In this document: positions 13,301-24,431 of the stretch, piece by piece
Numbering within the stretch: position 1 is the first letter of the stretch
Layout: each line of letters starts with the position of its first letter
DNA from: Octopus sinensis
Lineage: Eukaryota
Assembly: GCF_006345805.1 (NCBI RefSeq)
Contig: NC_043010.1
Coordinates: forward strand, 66,650,001 to 66,714,000
Length of the DNA stretch: 64,000 nucleotides
Direction: 5' to 3'
The notes under the pieces: generated by a model
Told to the model about the DNA's origin: nothing
The model's input: only the letters and a program-made list of their open reading frames with translations
Database searches by the model: none
Program-made: the position numbers and the translations under genes

Positions 13301-16300
13301 TAAGTTTTGAGTTCAAATCCTGTTGAAGTCAACTTTGTTTTTTTATCCTGGGGTCAATAAAATAAAGTACAAATCCAGTCCTACAGTTGATTTACTTTTC
13401 CTACAAAGTATCTGAGATGTGAATGAAATTGTGATTAAAGACCAAGACATCTATTCTTTCTCTGCTTTTTGTCGTTGACCTGAGGCTATGCTGAAGCATT
13501 AGTAGTGGCTGTGTGGTAAGTAGCTTGCTTACCAGCCACATGGTTCTGGGGTCATTCCCACTGCGTGGCACCTTGGGCAAGTGTCTTCTGCTATAGCCTC
13601 GGGCTGACCAAAGCCTTGTGAGTGGATTTGGTAGAGTGAAACTGAAAGAAGCCCGTCGTATATATGTATATATATATGTGTGTGTGTGTGTATGTTTGTG
13701 TGTCTGTGTTTACCCCCCTGCAACATCGTTTGACAACCAATGCTGGTGTGTTTATGTCCCCGTAACTTAGCGGTTCGGCAAAAGAGACTGATAGAATAAG
13801 TACTAGGCTTACAAAGAGTAAGTCCTGGGGTTGATTTGCTCGACTAAAGGTGGTGCTCCTGCATGGCCACAGTCAAATGACTGAAACGAGTAAAAGACTA
13901 CCAATAAGGGGCTTTCATCTGTCAAGTTTAACCATGCTGCTTCTCATACACAGGCTTAGGCAAGTCTTTTTGTTTTTTGTTAGGGAGACTAGCAGTTACC
14001 TATGCATGCTGGCCTTCCTTCTATATGCCCATGATGTTTATCAGAGGGGAAGGTCATCAACATGTGCACTGTTTGTTGCTGGATAAGGAGAACAGTTTCC
14101 AATGCATGTTGTAAAGTATATGGCATATATATTAATCAAAGGACATACTAAGTATGACTACCTGCTGGAAATAACAGTCAAAACTCTTACTTAAATCACC
14201 AAAATACACTGATAATGAATAACTACAGGAATCAACCGTCCAAAGACAAACGGGCTAAGACATTCTTTCAGCATAATTCAAGTATTTGGACTCATGTCGA
14301 CCGGTTTCTGGACTGGCATTATAGCCTCACCTTCCTCAGCATGCATTACCATGATGGAGTGCGCCAACCCGTTACATTGAAGTTTGCGCTGCAACTGATT
14401 CGTTTTGACAGCCACCAGTGTGAGAATAATTTCAATACGGAACATATAATTCACGAGAAAATATTTGTGAAGATATCGGCACATAAAAAGCACCATCCGA
14501 TCGTGGCCATTTGCCAGCGCCGTCTGGCACGTAAAAAGCACCCACTACACTCACGGAGTGGTTGGCGTTAGGAAGGGCATCTAGCCGTAGAAACATTGCC
14601 AGATCAGACTGGGCCTGGTGCAGCCTTCTGGCTTCCCAGACCCCTGTTGAACCGTCCAACCCATGCTAGCATGGAAAGCGGACGCTAAATGATGATGATC
14701 ATCATCATCATTGACTCTATTATTATTATTATTATTACACTAGATAATAATAGAGTCAATGATTTATTTGGAAGTATTTTCTCCATATTATATATGTATA
14801 TATATATGCAAAGTTTAGCTTAGTTACACTATGTTTGTGATGTATTTCAACTGCTAAAAGGCAAATTTATTGTAGTTACCATAGAGAAAATATTTCTCTT
14901 ATGGTAAAAAGGTGTGACAGCACCCTATTTGTTCAGTGTTGCCATCTCTCAGGAATCCCAGACATCAATGTTTCAAGCTAGTTGGCTTTTATCAATGGGA
15001 GATACTTATGAGAGGCAACTCTGAACAAATTTTACAGAAGGTGTAGCTTTATATAAAATGCAGTCAACAACATTGACTGCTTTGCATTGGTAGATTGCCT
15101 GATCATGGAAAATAACAAAATATTAACGCCAACACACACACTTCTCTGCTCTGAGATTAGTGCATTAACCTGTTGATTGTGTTTCTGTCCTCCTTCTGCA
15201 CAATCTTTCTTAGAAGCTCAAGAGTCATGAGTCAAGCTTAAACACAAGACTGAAAATAACCCCAAGTATTTCCTGTAATAATATTTGAATGATACTTACT
15301 TCCATCTCTCTCTCTCTTTTTCTTTCATGCGTTTCCATCATCAGGAAAACTTGCAGCAGGTTATGCACGAGGTGATGCAGTTATCTGAATGTCTTCGAGA
15401 CAATGGAAGAACTGTTGCCTGCTCTGTGGTATGTTGTTACAATTCTCATTTGCTCTTCTATTTTTCTCTTGCGTGTTCGTTACTATCATTGTCATCCTCT
15501 GCCTCTTTGTTAATTAATTGCAGCTTGTTAAAAAAAAATAACCATAGGCATAGTTGGACTGTGTGGTAAGAAATTTGGTTCCCAACCACATGTTTCAGGG
15601 TTCAGTCCCACTGCATGGCACCTTGGGCAAGTGTCTTTTAACATAGCCTCAAACTGACTAAAGCCTTGTGAGTGGATTTGGTAGACAGAAACTGAAAGAA
15701 GCCTGCCTTATATATATATATATAAATAAATGCGCCCTTAAGGCCTAGACAGGCTCATGGGCCCGGTTTCCTGGTTTCTATGGCGTATGTGTTCCCCAGC
15801 TGGACGGGACGCCAGTCCATCGCAGCGTTACTCATTTTTGCCAGCTGATTGGACTGGAGCAACGTAAAATGAAGTGTTTTGCTCAAGAACACAACGCGTC
15901 GCCCCATCCAGGAATCGAAACCACAATTTATGATCATGTTGCAAACACCCTAACCACTAAGCCATGCGCTTCCACATATATATATGCACACTTTTGTGTC
16001 TTTGTGTCTGTCCTTCCATCAACGCTTGACAACTGGTGTTGGTTTGTTTATATCCTTGTAACTTCTGGTAAATGGAAACTGATAGAAGTGCCAGACTTTA
16101 AAAAAAAAAGTACTGGGGTCGATTTGTTCAGCAAAAAATTCTTAATTTGTCTTCTTTCCTTTTGTTTGGTTGACTTCAACATTATTCAAAACTGTTTACC
16201 TCTTCGCAATACAAGTATAGTGTTGATGATTTAAAGCTGTTGTATCTTGCCCCAACTGTGCTGCACAGTTTACTATTCCAGGTGCAGTTGTGGCTGTGTG

Positions 16301-18489
16301 GTTAAGAAGTCTGCTTCGTAACAATGTGGTTTTGAGTTCAGTGCCATTGCACTGCACCTTGCGCAGGTGTCTTCTGCTATAACCTTAGACCAACCAAAGC
16401 CTTGTGAATGGATTTGGTGAAAAGAAACTGCAAGAAGCCAATTGCACAGATATCTGTGTGTGTATGTATGTATGAGGGAATGAGTGCAAAATGTAGACTA
16501 CATAGGTGGAATAAGTTTTAACAAATGTGCTGTGCATGAGAAGACCCGGCAGGACAAGTGAGACCATAACCCGTGGCCTCTACATGGGATGTAGCCAGTC
16601 CACTTATGCATACCTTTCCTTCTTGGGACACAAAACTCTACTTGTGAAGACCTGTTGAGGCAAGTGAAAATCAAAAAATCGAAATTGCAGCTGTGATACC
16701 AGTGCCGGTGGTACGTAAGAGAACCATCCGAATGTGGCCGTTGCCAGCACCGCCCCGATTGGCCTCGTGCCGGTGGCACGTAAAATGCACCAATCCGACC
16801 ATGGCCGTTGCCAGCCTCGCCTGGCACATGTGCAGGTGGCACGTAAAAAGCACCCACTACACTCACGGAGTGGTTGGCATTAGGCAGGGCATCCAGCCGT
16901 AGAAACATTGCCAGATCAGACTGGGCCAGGTGCAGCCTTCTGGCTTCCAAGACCCCAGTTGCACCGTCCAACCCATGCTAGCATGGAAAGCGGACGCTAA
17001 ACGATGATGATGATGATGATGATTAGTTTAATCCTTTAGCATTTAAACCTGCAATATCCGGCCCAATATTTTCCACCTGTTTTATGTTCAAACTGGTCAA
17101 GTTTGGCATCTACAGTGTTGCTTCAAAACCTCAAAGCTACGAAATAATGTATGATTAATTAAAAACAGTGTGGATAAATAAGCATTACATTTGACAGAGT
17201 TATCATCATCATCATCATCGTTTAACGTCTGTTCTCCATGCTAGCATGGGTTGGACGGTTCGACCGGGGATCTGGGAAGCCAGAAGGCTGCACCAGGCTC
17301 CAGTCTTATCTGGCAATGTTTCTACAGCTGGATGCCCTTCCTAACGCCAACCACTCCGTGAGTGTAGTGGGTGCTTTTTACGTGCCACCTGCACAGGTGC
17401 CAGGCGAGGCTGGCAACGGCCATGGTTGGATTGGTGCATTTTACGTGCCACTGGCACGGAAGCCCGTCGAGGCGGCACTGGCATCGGCCACAAGTCGGAT
17501 AGTGCTTTTTACGTACCACCAGTCCAGGGGTCCTGGCATCTGCCAGGTGCCACTGAATGCTAAAGGGGTGATGCTTAAAATGAAGGCACAAAGAGTTTTG
17601 ATGTCTTGCACGTGTGTGTGAGTGTCGTCTAGACATTCATGTGACGGTTGTCAATGATGGTGATGGTCAGCATTCTTATTGTGCAAGGTTGTTCATTCCC
17701 AGTTTTTCGTGAAAACATTGTCTAGCTATGGAGAAATATTATTTTGCTTCGAAACAGGCGAGGGTTGGTAACAGGAAGGGCATTTGAAAAATGTAGGGAA
17801 AACTTGACTCGACAAGCTTTGTCTGACCCCATGCAAGCATAGGAAAGTGGATGTTAAACGATGATTTTCCTCTTGATGTTCCAGGTGAAAAACAAGCTGG
17901 TGATTCTCAGCAACCGATGGAAGATATTCTTGGAAACAATTGGATTAACTCAGGTAAACATCAGTAACTGTTCACCCCCCTCCCCCCACACACACCTCCC
18001 ACATACCCCACCTCTCCCACATCCCCACATCCCCACCTCTCCCACATCCCCACCTCTCCCACCTCCCCCACCTCTCCCAGTTAACACTCTCAGAGTGCAA
18101 GAGGTCATTTCTATTGCTTTCATTACAACCATGACCACCACTATTATTACTACTACTACTACTGCTACCACTAACACTACAATTACTATTGCTACCATTT
18201 GCTTCACCGCCACTGCCACCATGCTACTACAACTATCCCACACCACCAACACCGATTACAGTTTCTCTGCTATTCATCATTATTTTTCTCTCTCTCTCTC
18301 TCTCTCTTTCTATTCTAGAAAAATCTATTTGCATGGACCCGCATAGACCGGCCCCAGGAATCCATTGAAACGGCAGCAGAGGAGATGGCAATTTGTGAAG
18401 AGATTGTATTATCCGACTCTGACAGCACCGTCTGCAGTGATTCCGGTTCACTCTCAGACTGCAGTATATTCAGCCTGCCAGAGATCTAG
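528..18489 (+). CDS. SLF2: SLF2/FAM178-family gene (SMC5-SMC6 complex localization factor 2), 3-prime 12 coding exons; 5-prime part lies upstream of the window
   Basis: Exons 528-690, 1779-1880, 4125-4268, 6785-6842, 8994-9209, 10126-10203, 10392-10470, 11455-11634, 13122-13250, 15345-15428, 17885-17953, 18319-18489 all have AG/GT ends and matching phases, giving 1473 nt (490 aa + stop). Peptides are colinear with the human SLF2 C-terminal domain as I recall it: WLFFLMSIHND~[27 protein letters not shown]~[24 protein letters not shown]~HPHNLLWL, ELRQRL~QLRQCL, LRDNGR~IREDAR, VKNKL..RW~VKDLV..KW. Confidence 0.9.
930..1158. mobile_element. piggyBac-like MITE (TTAA flanks, CCCTTT...AAAGGG termini); copies at 776-906 (partial), 26098-26327, 62481-62710, 62727-62790 (partial)
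   Basis: TTAA-ccctttcg...caaaaggg-TTAA; about 225-bp body repeated at both ends of the window. Confidence 0.75.
1325..1702. repeat. (CTTT/CCTT)n compound tetranucleotide microsatellite
   Basis: Directly visible; source of the spurious F/S/L and K/E/R ORFs. Confidence 0.97.
1779..1880 (+). CDS. SLF2: SLF2 exon ([33 protein letters not shown])
   Basis: Acceptor cttctcag, donor A|gtaggt, 102 nt, WLF motif. Confidence 0.88.
2420..2840 (-). mobile_element. tRNA-derived SINE (head ggcggcgagctggcag..., B-box gagttcaaattcc, core cctttcggggtcgataaattaagtaccag), dimeric copy; many more copies, e.g. 3030-3410, 8045-8225, 11848-12240, 23960-24130, 28115-28331, 46000-46310, 48344-48557, 50395-50625, 54510-54900, 55850-56020, 61320-62200
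   Basis: Near-identical 200-250 bp units. Clear target-site duplications for some: taaggagcattgttttta at 28097 and 28332; agcctcttataccta at 48329 and 48558; ttcaggttcagtccc flanking the 11.85-12.24 kb insertion. Confidence 0.88.
4125..4268 (+). CDS. SLF2: SLF2 exon ([49 protein letters not shown])
   Basis: Acceptor tctcttatttgtag, donor G|gtgagt, 144 nt, W-x-P...N-x-G motif. Confidence 0.9.
6112..6435. repeat. (TA)n-dominated microsatellite blocks
   Basis: Directly visible. Confidence 0.95.
6785..6842 (+). CDS. SLF2: SLF2 exon ([20 protein letters not shown])
   Basis: Acceptor cttgttctag, donor GG|gtaagt, phase 1 to 2 fits both neighbours. Confidence 0.85.
6873..7535. mobile_element. Foldback/MITE-like element with ~270-bp terminal inverted arms and a central degenerate (CCCTAA)n tract
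   Basis: Starts ggatctttaccttttgac and ends gtcaaaaggtaaagatcc. Arms pair over their length; telomere-like tract at about 7150-7235; no clear TSD. Confidence 0.8.
8994..9209 (+). CDS. SLF2: SLF2 exon ([12 protein letters not shown]...[23 protein letters not shown])
   Basis: Acceptor ttctcctcctcctcag, donor AG|gtgagt, 216 nt open. Confidence 0.88.
10126..10203 (+). CDS. SLF2: SLF2 exon ([26 protein letters not shown])
   Basis: Acceptor tttcatttcacag, donor AC|gtaagt, 78 nt. Confidence 0.9.
10392..10470 (+). CDS. SLF2: SLF2 exon ([26 protein letters not shown])
   Basis: Acceptor ttttcatttacaaag (AAG), donor gtaagt, phase 2 to 0. Confidence 0.88.
11455..11634 (+). CDS. SLF2: SLF2 exon ([60 protein letters not shown])
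   Basis: Acceptor atattttccag, donor gtgagc, 180 nt, PHN-L motif. Confidence 0.92.
13122..13250 (+). CDS. SLF2: SLF2 exon ([43 protein letters not shown])
   Basis: Acceptor aattcccacag, donor gtaagc, 129 nt. Confidence 0.88.
13500..13890 (+). mobile_element. Second tRNA-derived SINE family (gtggctgtgtggtaag..., ggttcagtcccactgcgtggc...gaaactgaaagaagcc...(TA/TG)n...gcggtgctccagcatggccgcagtcaaatgactgaaac); full copies also at 42580-42995, 47330-47715, 50820-51200(-)
   Basis: A-box/B-box-like head, conserved body, many partial copies across the window. Confidence 0.85.
15345..15428 (+). CDS. SLF2: SLF2 exon ([28 protein letters not shown])
   Basis: Acceptor tttccatcatcag, donor gtatgt, 84 nt. 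Confidence 0.9.
17885..17953 (+). CDS. SLF2: SLF2 exon ([23 protein letters not shown])
   Basis: Acceptor cttgatgttccag, donor CAG|gtaaac, 69 nt. Confidence 0.9.
18319..18489 (+). CDS. SLF2: SLF2 terminal coding exon ([56 protein letters not shown])
   Basis: Acceptor ctttctattctag, phase 0, stop TAG at 18487-18489; KNLFAW corresponds to the conserved QLxxFW-like end of the domain. Confidence 0.82.
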   Translation, partial: KNLFAWTRIDRPQESIETAAEEMAICEEIVLSDSDSTVCSDSGSLSDCSIFSLPEI

Positions 18490-18963
18490 GGTTCGACCGA
18501 ACTTTTTGTTTGTGTTTTGTTTAGTTTCTTGTTATATTTTGTGTCTATTTATTAGTTTTACCCCCCACCCACCCCCACCCTTTATGTATTTTTTTTACAT
18601 TTGTACCTATTTATTTAATTCTTTGTAATATTTTATTTATCTTTCTATATTTTTTTTTGTTTTATATTTTTCTATACTTTACTATTTCACTTTGTATATT
18701 TATTTAGTTTTTTTTTAAAATGTTTAATTTAATCTGTATATATATATATGTATATATATATATATGTATTATTGCTCATTGTTTCATTGGTTGTTTTATG
18801 CATTTGCTGCTGACATAACAACTCACATGACCTCCACTGTTGTCTTAGCTTTGTCTCCAATGAGGAATGAGGAGGAAAAAAGCAAAGGAAAGGACATATT
18901 CCATTTGTTTGCCCTTCTGATAACATTCCAATGTTAACAAAGCTGTTAAATGGACTCCTCTAT

Positions 18964-19295
18964 CAGTCTCTGACATTACCGTTCACAGTCTGTGACATTA
19001 CTGTTCACTATCTCTAACATTACTGTTCACTGTCTCTGACATTACTGTTCACAGTCTCTGACATTACCGTTCACAGTCTCTGACATTACTGTTCACTATC
19101 TCTAACATTACCATTCACTATCTCTAACATTACTGTTCACAGTCTCTGACATTATCGTTCTCAGTCTCTGACATTACCGTTCACAGTCTCTGACATTACC
19201 GTTCACAGTCTCTGACAATACCGTTCACAGTCTCTGACATTATCGGTTACAGTCTCTGACATTACCATTCACTGTCTCTGACATTACTGTTCACA
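18964..19295. repeat. 22-bp minisatellite (cagtctctgacattaccgttca), about 15 copies, downstream of the SLF2 stop
   Basis: Successive units start at 18964, 18986, etc. Confidence 0.92.
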
Positions 19296-20270
19296 GAAGT
19301 GATGTTTATCATCATCATCATCGTTTAACGTCCGTTTTCCATGCAACATGGGTTGGATGGTTCGACTGGGGTCTGGGAAGCCAGAAGGCTCCACCAGGTC
19401 AAGTCTGATCTGATCTGACAGTGTTTCTACAGCTGGATGCCCTTCCTAACGCCAACCACTCTGTGAGTGTAGTGGATGCTTTTTACGTGCCACTGGCATG
19501 GACACCAGCCAAGGCAGCGCTGGCATCGGCTAAGTTCAGATGGTGCTTTTTACGTGCCACCGGCACAGGTATCACAACTACAACTTCCCTTTGATTTTTG
19601 TTTTGATTTTGATGTACTTGACTCAGTAGGTCTCCTCAAGCACAGACCCTATTGAGTGAAAGTACATCAACATCAAAATCAAAAATCAAATGGAAATTGT
19701 AGTTGCGATACCCGTGCCGGTGGCATGTTTACTGAATAGAAATCAAACTTCTGTGCTTAGACACTTCACAAATACACGGTTTCGGGGCTTAATCCTACTG
19801 CATGGTACCTTGGACAAGTGACTTCTACAATAATTTCAGATCAACCAAAGCTTTGTGAGTGAAATTTGGTCGGCAGGAACTGTGGAGAATTCCATTGGTG
19901 GGATTGTAGCTCTTGTCTTTGGGTAGTAGACTTAATCTACTCCAAATGACCCTTGGTTGCCTTTTGCAGAGTCCACCTCCCTGTTGCAAATATTCAAGCT
20001 AGGTCTCCTGTCCAAGGATGTTGTTTTTCCCACACGTTTTGGAGATTCTGTAAAGGATCATGAATTTTGCTCTTTTTCATCTGAATAAGGCATTAAAAAA
20101 TGTAATGGAACCCTTTGGTACCTTTTGCTTACTAATTCAGCCACTGTAAGTTTGATGTGATTGTAAATTTCATATATATATATACACACACACACACACG
20201 TATACATGCAAACACATACAGACTGGCATCTCCCTATTCATTTGCATGTTATCTTATGCATATATTCATG

Positions 20271-20606
20271 TACCGTAAATTCCGGACAACAGAGCGCACC
20301 TGATTAAAAGCCGCATGCTCTAATTTTATAAAGAAAATTTTGTACTTGTACATGCCACACTGGATTTTAAGCCGCAGGTGTCCAACGTTGTAATATGAGA
20401 TATTTACACAGAAAGATATTACACGTGAGGATTTTTTAACTTTTATTTAATCCGTATGTAACAAACACATATTGCAAATGCTTTTTTTTTCGAACAGTGC
20501 CTGTAACACGGCTACCTTTAAATATATGTGCGTATCAGTCACACACAAATTACGTTGCGTATGTTTTTTTACTGAACAGTGCACAAACAACATTCCTCTT
20601 GATGAC

Positions 20607-20642
<36 letters not shown>

Positions 20643-22218
20643 ACTGCAGCCTACCAGGTCAAAAGTCATTGATCGCCTTCTTCATCTTCTTCCTGTGCAC
20701 TGAAACCATCAAAGTCCTCTTGTACAGTGTCCGAATTGATCTCATCACTCAGGATCTCATCACTCAGTTCAGCCTCTTCGTTGTCGCTCTCACCTGAGCG
20801 TACCCGGTCATCTTCATCACGCAGCAGTCCAGCTTCTTGAAACCCGTTGGTGATGGTGAATGTTTTGACACGGCTCCATGCATTTAAGATCCACTGGCAG
20901 GCTTGTGTGAAAGATGCTCTTTGCATGCAACCTGTTTTGGTGAAGGATTTCTCGCCGCTCGTCATCCAGTCCTCCCACTCATGGCGCAGTGCCACTTTAA
21001 ATGCCTGGTTCATGCTGATGTCCAGTGGCTGCAAATAATTAGTGGTGCCACCCAGGAATCACAGCTGGAATTGAGTTTGTACTCTTGTTGGCAGCTTTCA
21101 CTGAATCTGTTAGATGGGCCTTCATGCTGTCCATAACGAGCAATGCTTTTTTTTGTGCGAAAAAATCCCCCAGGTCGCTTGACGTAGCACTCTATGAGCC
21201 AGTCCTTCATTAGGCTCTCCATCATCCAACCTTTCTTATTGACTTTCACCATGATTTCTTTTGGGAATTTTTCCTTTGGCATTGTCAACCGCTTAAAAAT
21301 CACCATCGGTTGGAAGCTTTAATCCGGATGCTGTGCAGTTCAGAACACAGGTAAAATGCGTTCTCTCATGGCCACTTGTTTTCAGTGTGATGGACGAGTC
21401 ACCTTTTTTATTAACAGTCCGAGTGAGAGGCAGGTCAAACGTCAAAGGTACTTCATCCATATTCATGATATTTTCTGACCCGATGGAATTCTCCGCTATC
21501 TTTCTTTGAGTGAATGTGCGAAAGTTGACAAGTTTTTCCCCATAGTCGGGAGGGAGCTGCTGACACAAAGTCGTGCGTGCCCTGAAGGACAGGCCTTTTC
21601 TTCTCATAAATCTAAAACACCACGATGGCCCACCTCTAAAATCTTCGATTTTCGTTTCGGTGGCGATTGTTTTAGCCTTCAGTCTGATCTGCACGGTGGC
21701 AACACCACAGCTGCTTGCTCTCCCATGTGTTAACCCAGTCTTCAAGAAAGTTTTCAAGTTCGGGCCATCTGCAATGGTTACCTCTGAAAGCTTTCGTCAT
21801 CTTTTTGCACTGACTCAGTTCTTCCTGCTGGCATCTCCACGTCTCACCATCGATTCATTTGTGCCAAGTTTACGTGCAGCAGCTCAATTTCCTTCTTCAA
21901 CCGCCAGATTGATCGCCTTCAGCTTAAAAGCTGCATCACATGCTTTTCTTCATCCTGTTTTCCATGCTGATGAAGGGGAGTACAAATGACAGCTTTACAA
22001 TACCGGTAATTGAATGGTGAAAGTGCTCTTGATTTATCACACAATTTCATTGGACCTCTGTGACACCTACTCATCAATTTGATTGGTCTACTGTTGCGAG
22101 GCAAAATGTTTTCCACGGCACGACAAAGAAAAAAAATGCATTAGCCACACCATAGTATTGGCTGCAATGTTCAAAGTGTGGGGAAATGGTAGCGGCTTAT
22201 AGCCTGGAATTTACGGTA
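20271..22218 (-). mobile_element. Near full-length pogo/Tigger-type DNA transposon with frameshifted transposase (Brinker-like DBD, CENP-B HTH, DDE_1)
   Basis: TA-CCGTAAATTCC...GGAATTTACGG-TA termini. Minus-strand pieces: DAAFKLKAI.LA, VQIRLKAKTIA...GGPSWCFRFMRR, NMDEVPLTFD, KVNKKGWM, QPLDIS.N.AFK. Confidence 0.93.
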
Positions 22219-22511
22219 TTAACATACTGGTTGGGCCAAAAGTCACGCACCAAATTCAGTATATATATTGTACTGAATAATGATAATGTAAAATGTTTTG
22301 GTGCATGACTTTTGGCCCATACTCTCTATGCGCGCGCACGCACGCACACACACACACATACACACATTGATGTGTTCTCTTATATACATATATATATTCC
22401 GATATTAATATATACATTCATATGTATCTATATTCATACATTCATATTTACCTTCACCCATGCTGCTAAAATTTTCTATTTTTTTAAATTCTAAATTCTG
22501 ACTTTGTAAAC

Positions 22512-22545
<34 letters not shown>

Positions 22546-22559
22546 AGAGATTATGGTTG

Positions 22560-23950
22560 CTCAACCTGCTGCATTTCCCTGCAATCACATTCTACTGTCT
22601 TGGAAAAACAAAAATAGGAAAGAACACATTGAATAAAGTTATTTGAATGAATGGGATGGTCACAGCTGGAGAGCCTTTGATATGTCTCTTTCATCAGTCG
22701 CACTTGGGGTTAAGCAGCATTGTCATCATTGTTATCCTTGCATTGACATTACGTACCAGATATCAATAGAATCGTTAGCATACCTGGCGAAAATGCCTAT
22801 TGGCATTTCATCTGTCTTTATGTTTCCAAGTTCAAATTCTGCCGAGGTCAGCTTTGCCTTTCATCCTTTCAGGGTTGATAAAAAAAAAAAATACCTGTTG
22901 CCCTTCTGGCAAAATTTGAAACCATTATTATTACATGGATATCCCTTCTTGGTTGAGACCGTTACTGGTGGTGATAGCAGAGAGATATCTGTTGTGCATC
23001 CAGAATTCGCATCTTTGAGTGGTTTGTATTGCGCCTCTTTACCTTGAATTTCCAGAGATTTCAACACTGCATTCATCTTGATGCTATCAGGAGCCTTTTC
23101 ATAGTCAACTGAATGATACACAGAAGAAGCTTGTATTTATTCATTCATTCATTCATTCGTTCTATAAGCCCTGTTATAGTGAATATATAGTGAAGGCACG
23201 TGGCTCAGTGGTTAGAGCGTCGAGCTTACGATCGTGAGGTTGTGAGCTCGAATCCCGGACCGGGCTGCGTGTTGTGTTCTTGAGCAAGACACTTTATTTC
23301 ATGTTGCTCCAGTTCACTCAGCTGTAGAAATGAGTTGCGACGTCACAGGTGCCAAGCTGTATCGGCCCCTTTGCCTTTCCCTTGGACAACACTGGTGGCG
23401 TGGAGAGGGGAGGCCGGTATGCATAGGCGACTGCTGGTCTTCCATAAAACAACCTTGCCCAGACTTGTGCCTTAGAAGGTAAATCTCTAGGTGCAAACCC
23501 ATGGTCAGTGTCTGACCGAAGGGGGTCACCACCAGTGAATATATGATCTATCATACTATAGTTCTTAAGGAAACCTGCTTGATCTATTGGTTGTTGATTG
23601 TTGAGGTGTTTTTATAGCCTGGTGACTGTGATCTCTGTAAACAGTATCCCTTCTAAATCTAAATGGGATAATTTATTTTGCTTCTAAATTCAAAGCACCT
23701 ATTATGTATTGGCCCTAAACTTCAGCTGTCTGCTATTTGTATTGGCAAGCATGGTCTTTTATTTGGTAAGATCAGATGTGTTCAGGTTGAACTGGTAAAA
23801 GTTCTGTAAGATGGACCTGAATATGGTAACTGCAGGATAATGGTCTTTGTTTTTATCTCAAGTGATTTGCCTTTGGGCAAGTCCTGTTCATTTGAAGCTT
23901 CTTCAGCATTCTCAACACAATTTGTGCTGTCCTCTTCATTGAGTGGTATA
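22560..23950 (-). mobile_element. Degraded RTE-clade LINE reverse-transcriptase fragment, interrupted by a SINE at about 23190-23535
   Basis: Minus-strand peptides QQPIDQAGFLKNYSMIDHI and VDYEKAPDSIK..AVLKSLEIQG...KKG match RTE RT subdomains. Confidence 0.8.
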
Positions 23951-24431
23951 ACTTCCTCTAAGGCGGCGAGCTGACAGAATTGTTAGCACGCCAGGCGAAA
24001 TGCTTAGCGGTATTTCATCTGCCGCTACGTTCTGAGTTCAAATTTCACCGGGGTCGACTTTGCCTTTCATCCTTTCGGGGTCGATTAAGTAAGTACCAGT
24101 TACACACTGGGGTCGATATAATCGACTTAATCTTAGTGGTTGGAGCAGCAGATTTGTGGTTGAGGGATCACGGGTTCAAGTCTTAGAGTGGGTGATGTGT
24201 GTGTTTATCAAAAAAACACTTAAGCTCCATGCGGCTCTGGCAGAAGGTAATGGCAAACTTCTGCTGACCCTTTCACCACAACTTTCTCTCACTCTTTCCT
24301 CCTGCATCTAGCAGCTCACCTGTGATGGACTGGCATTCCGTCCAGGTGGGGAACCTGTATGCCAATGAAACCGGGAAACCGTCCCTTATGAGCCAGCCGT
24401 GGCTCAAGAAGGAACACACAACAACAACAAT

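Noticed and set aside
19995-20085. Possible minus-strand terminal exon (MKKSKIHDPLQNLQNVWEKQHPWTGDLA*) after a good acceptor
   Set aside because: No recognisable homology and no partner exons found
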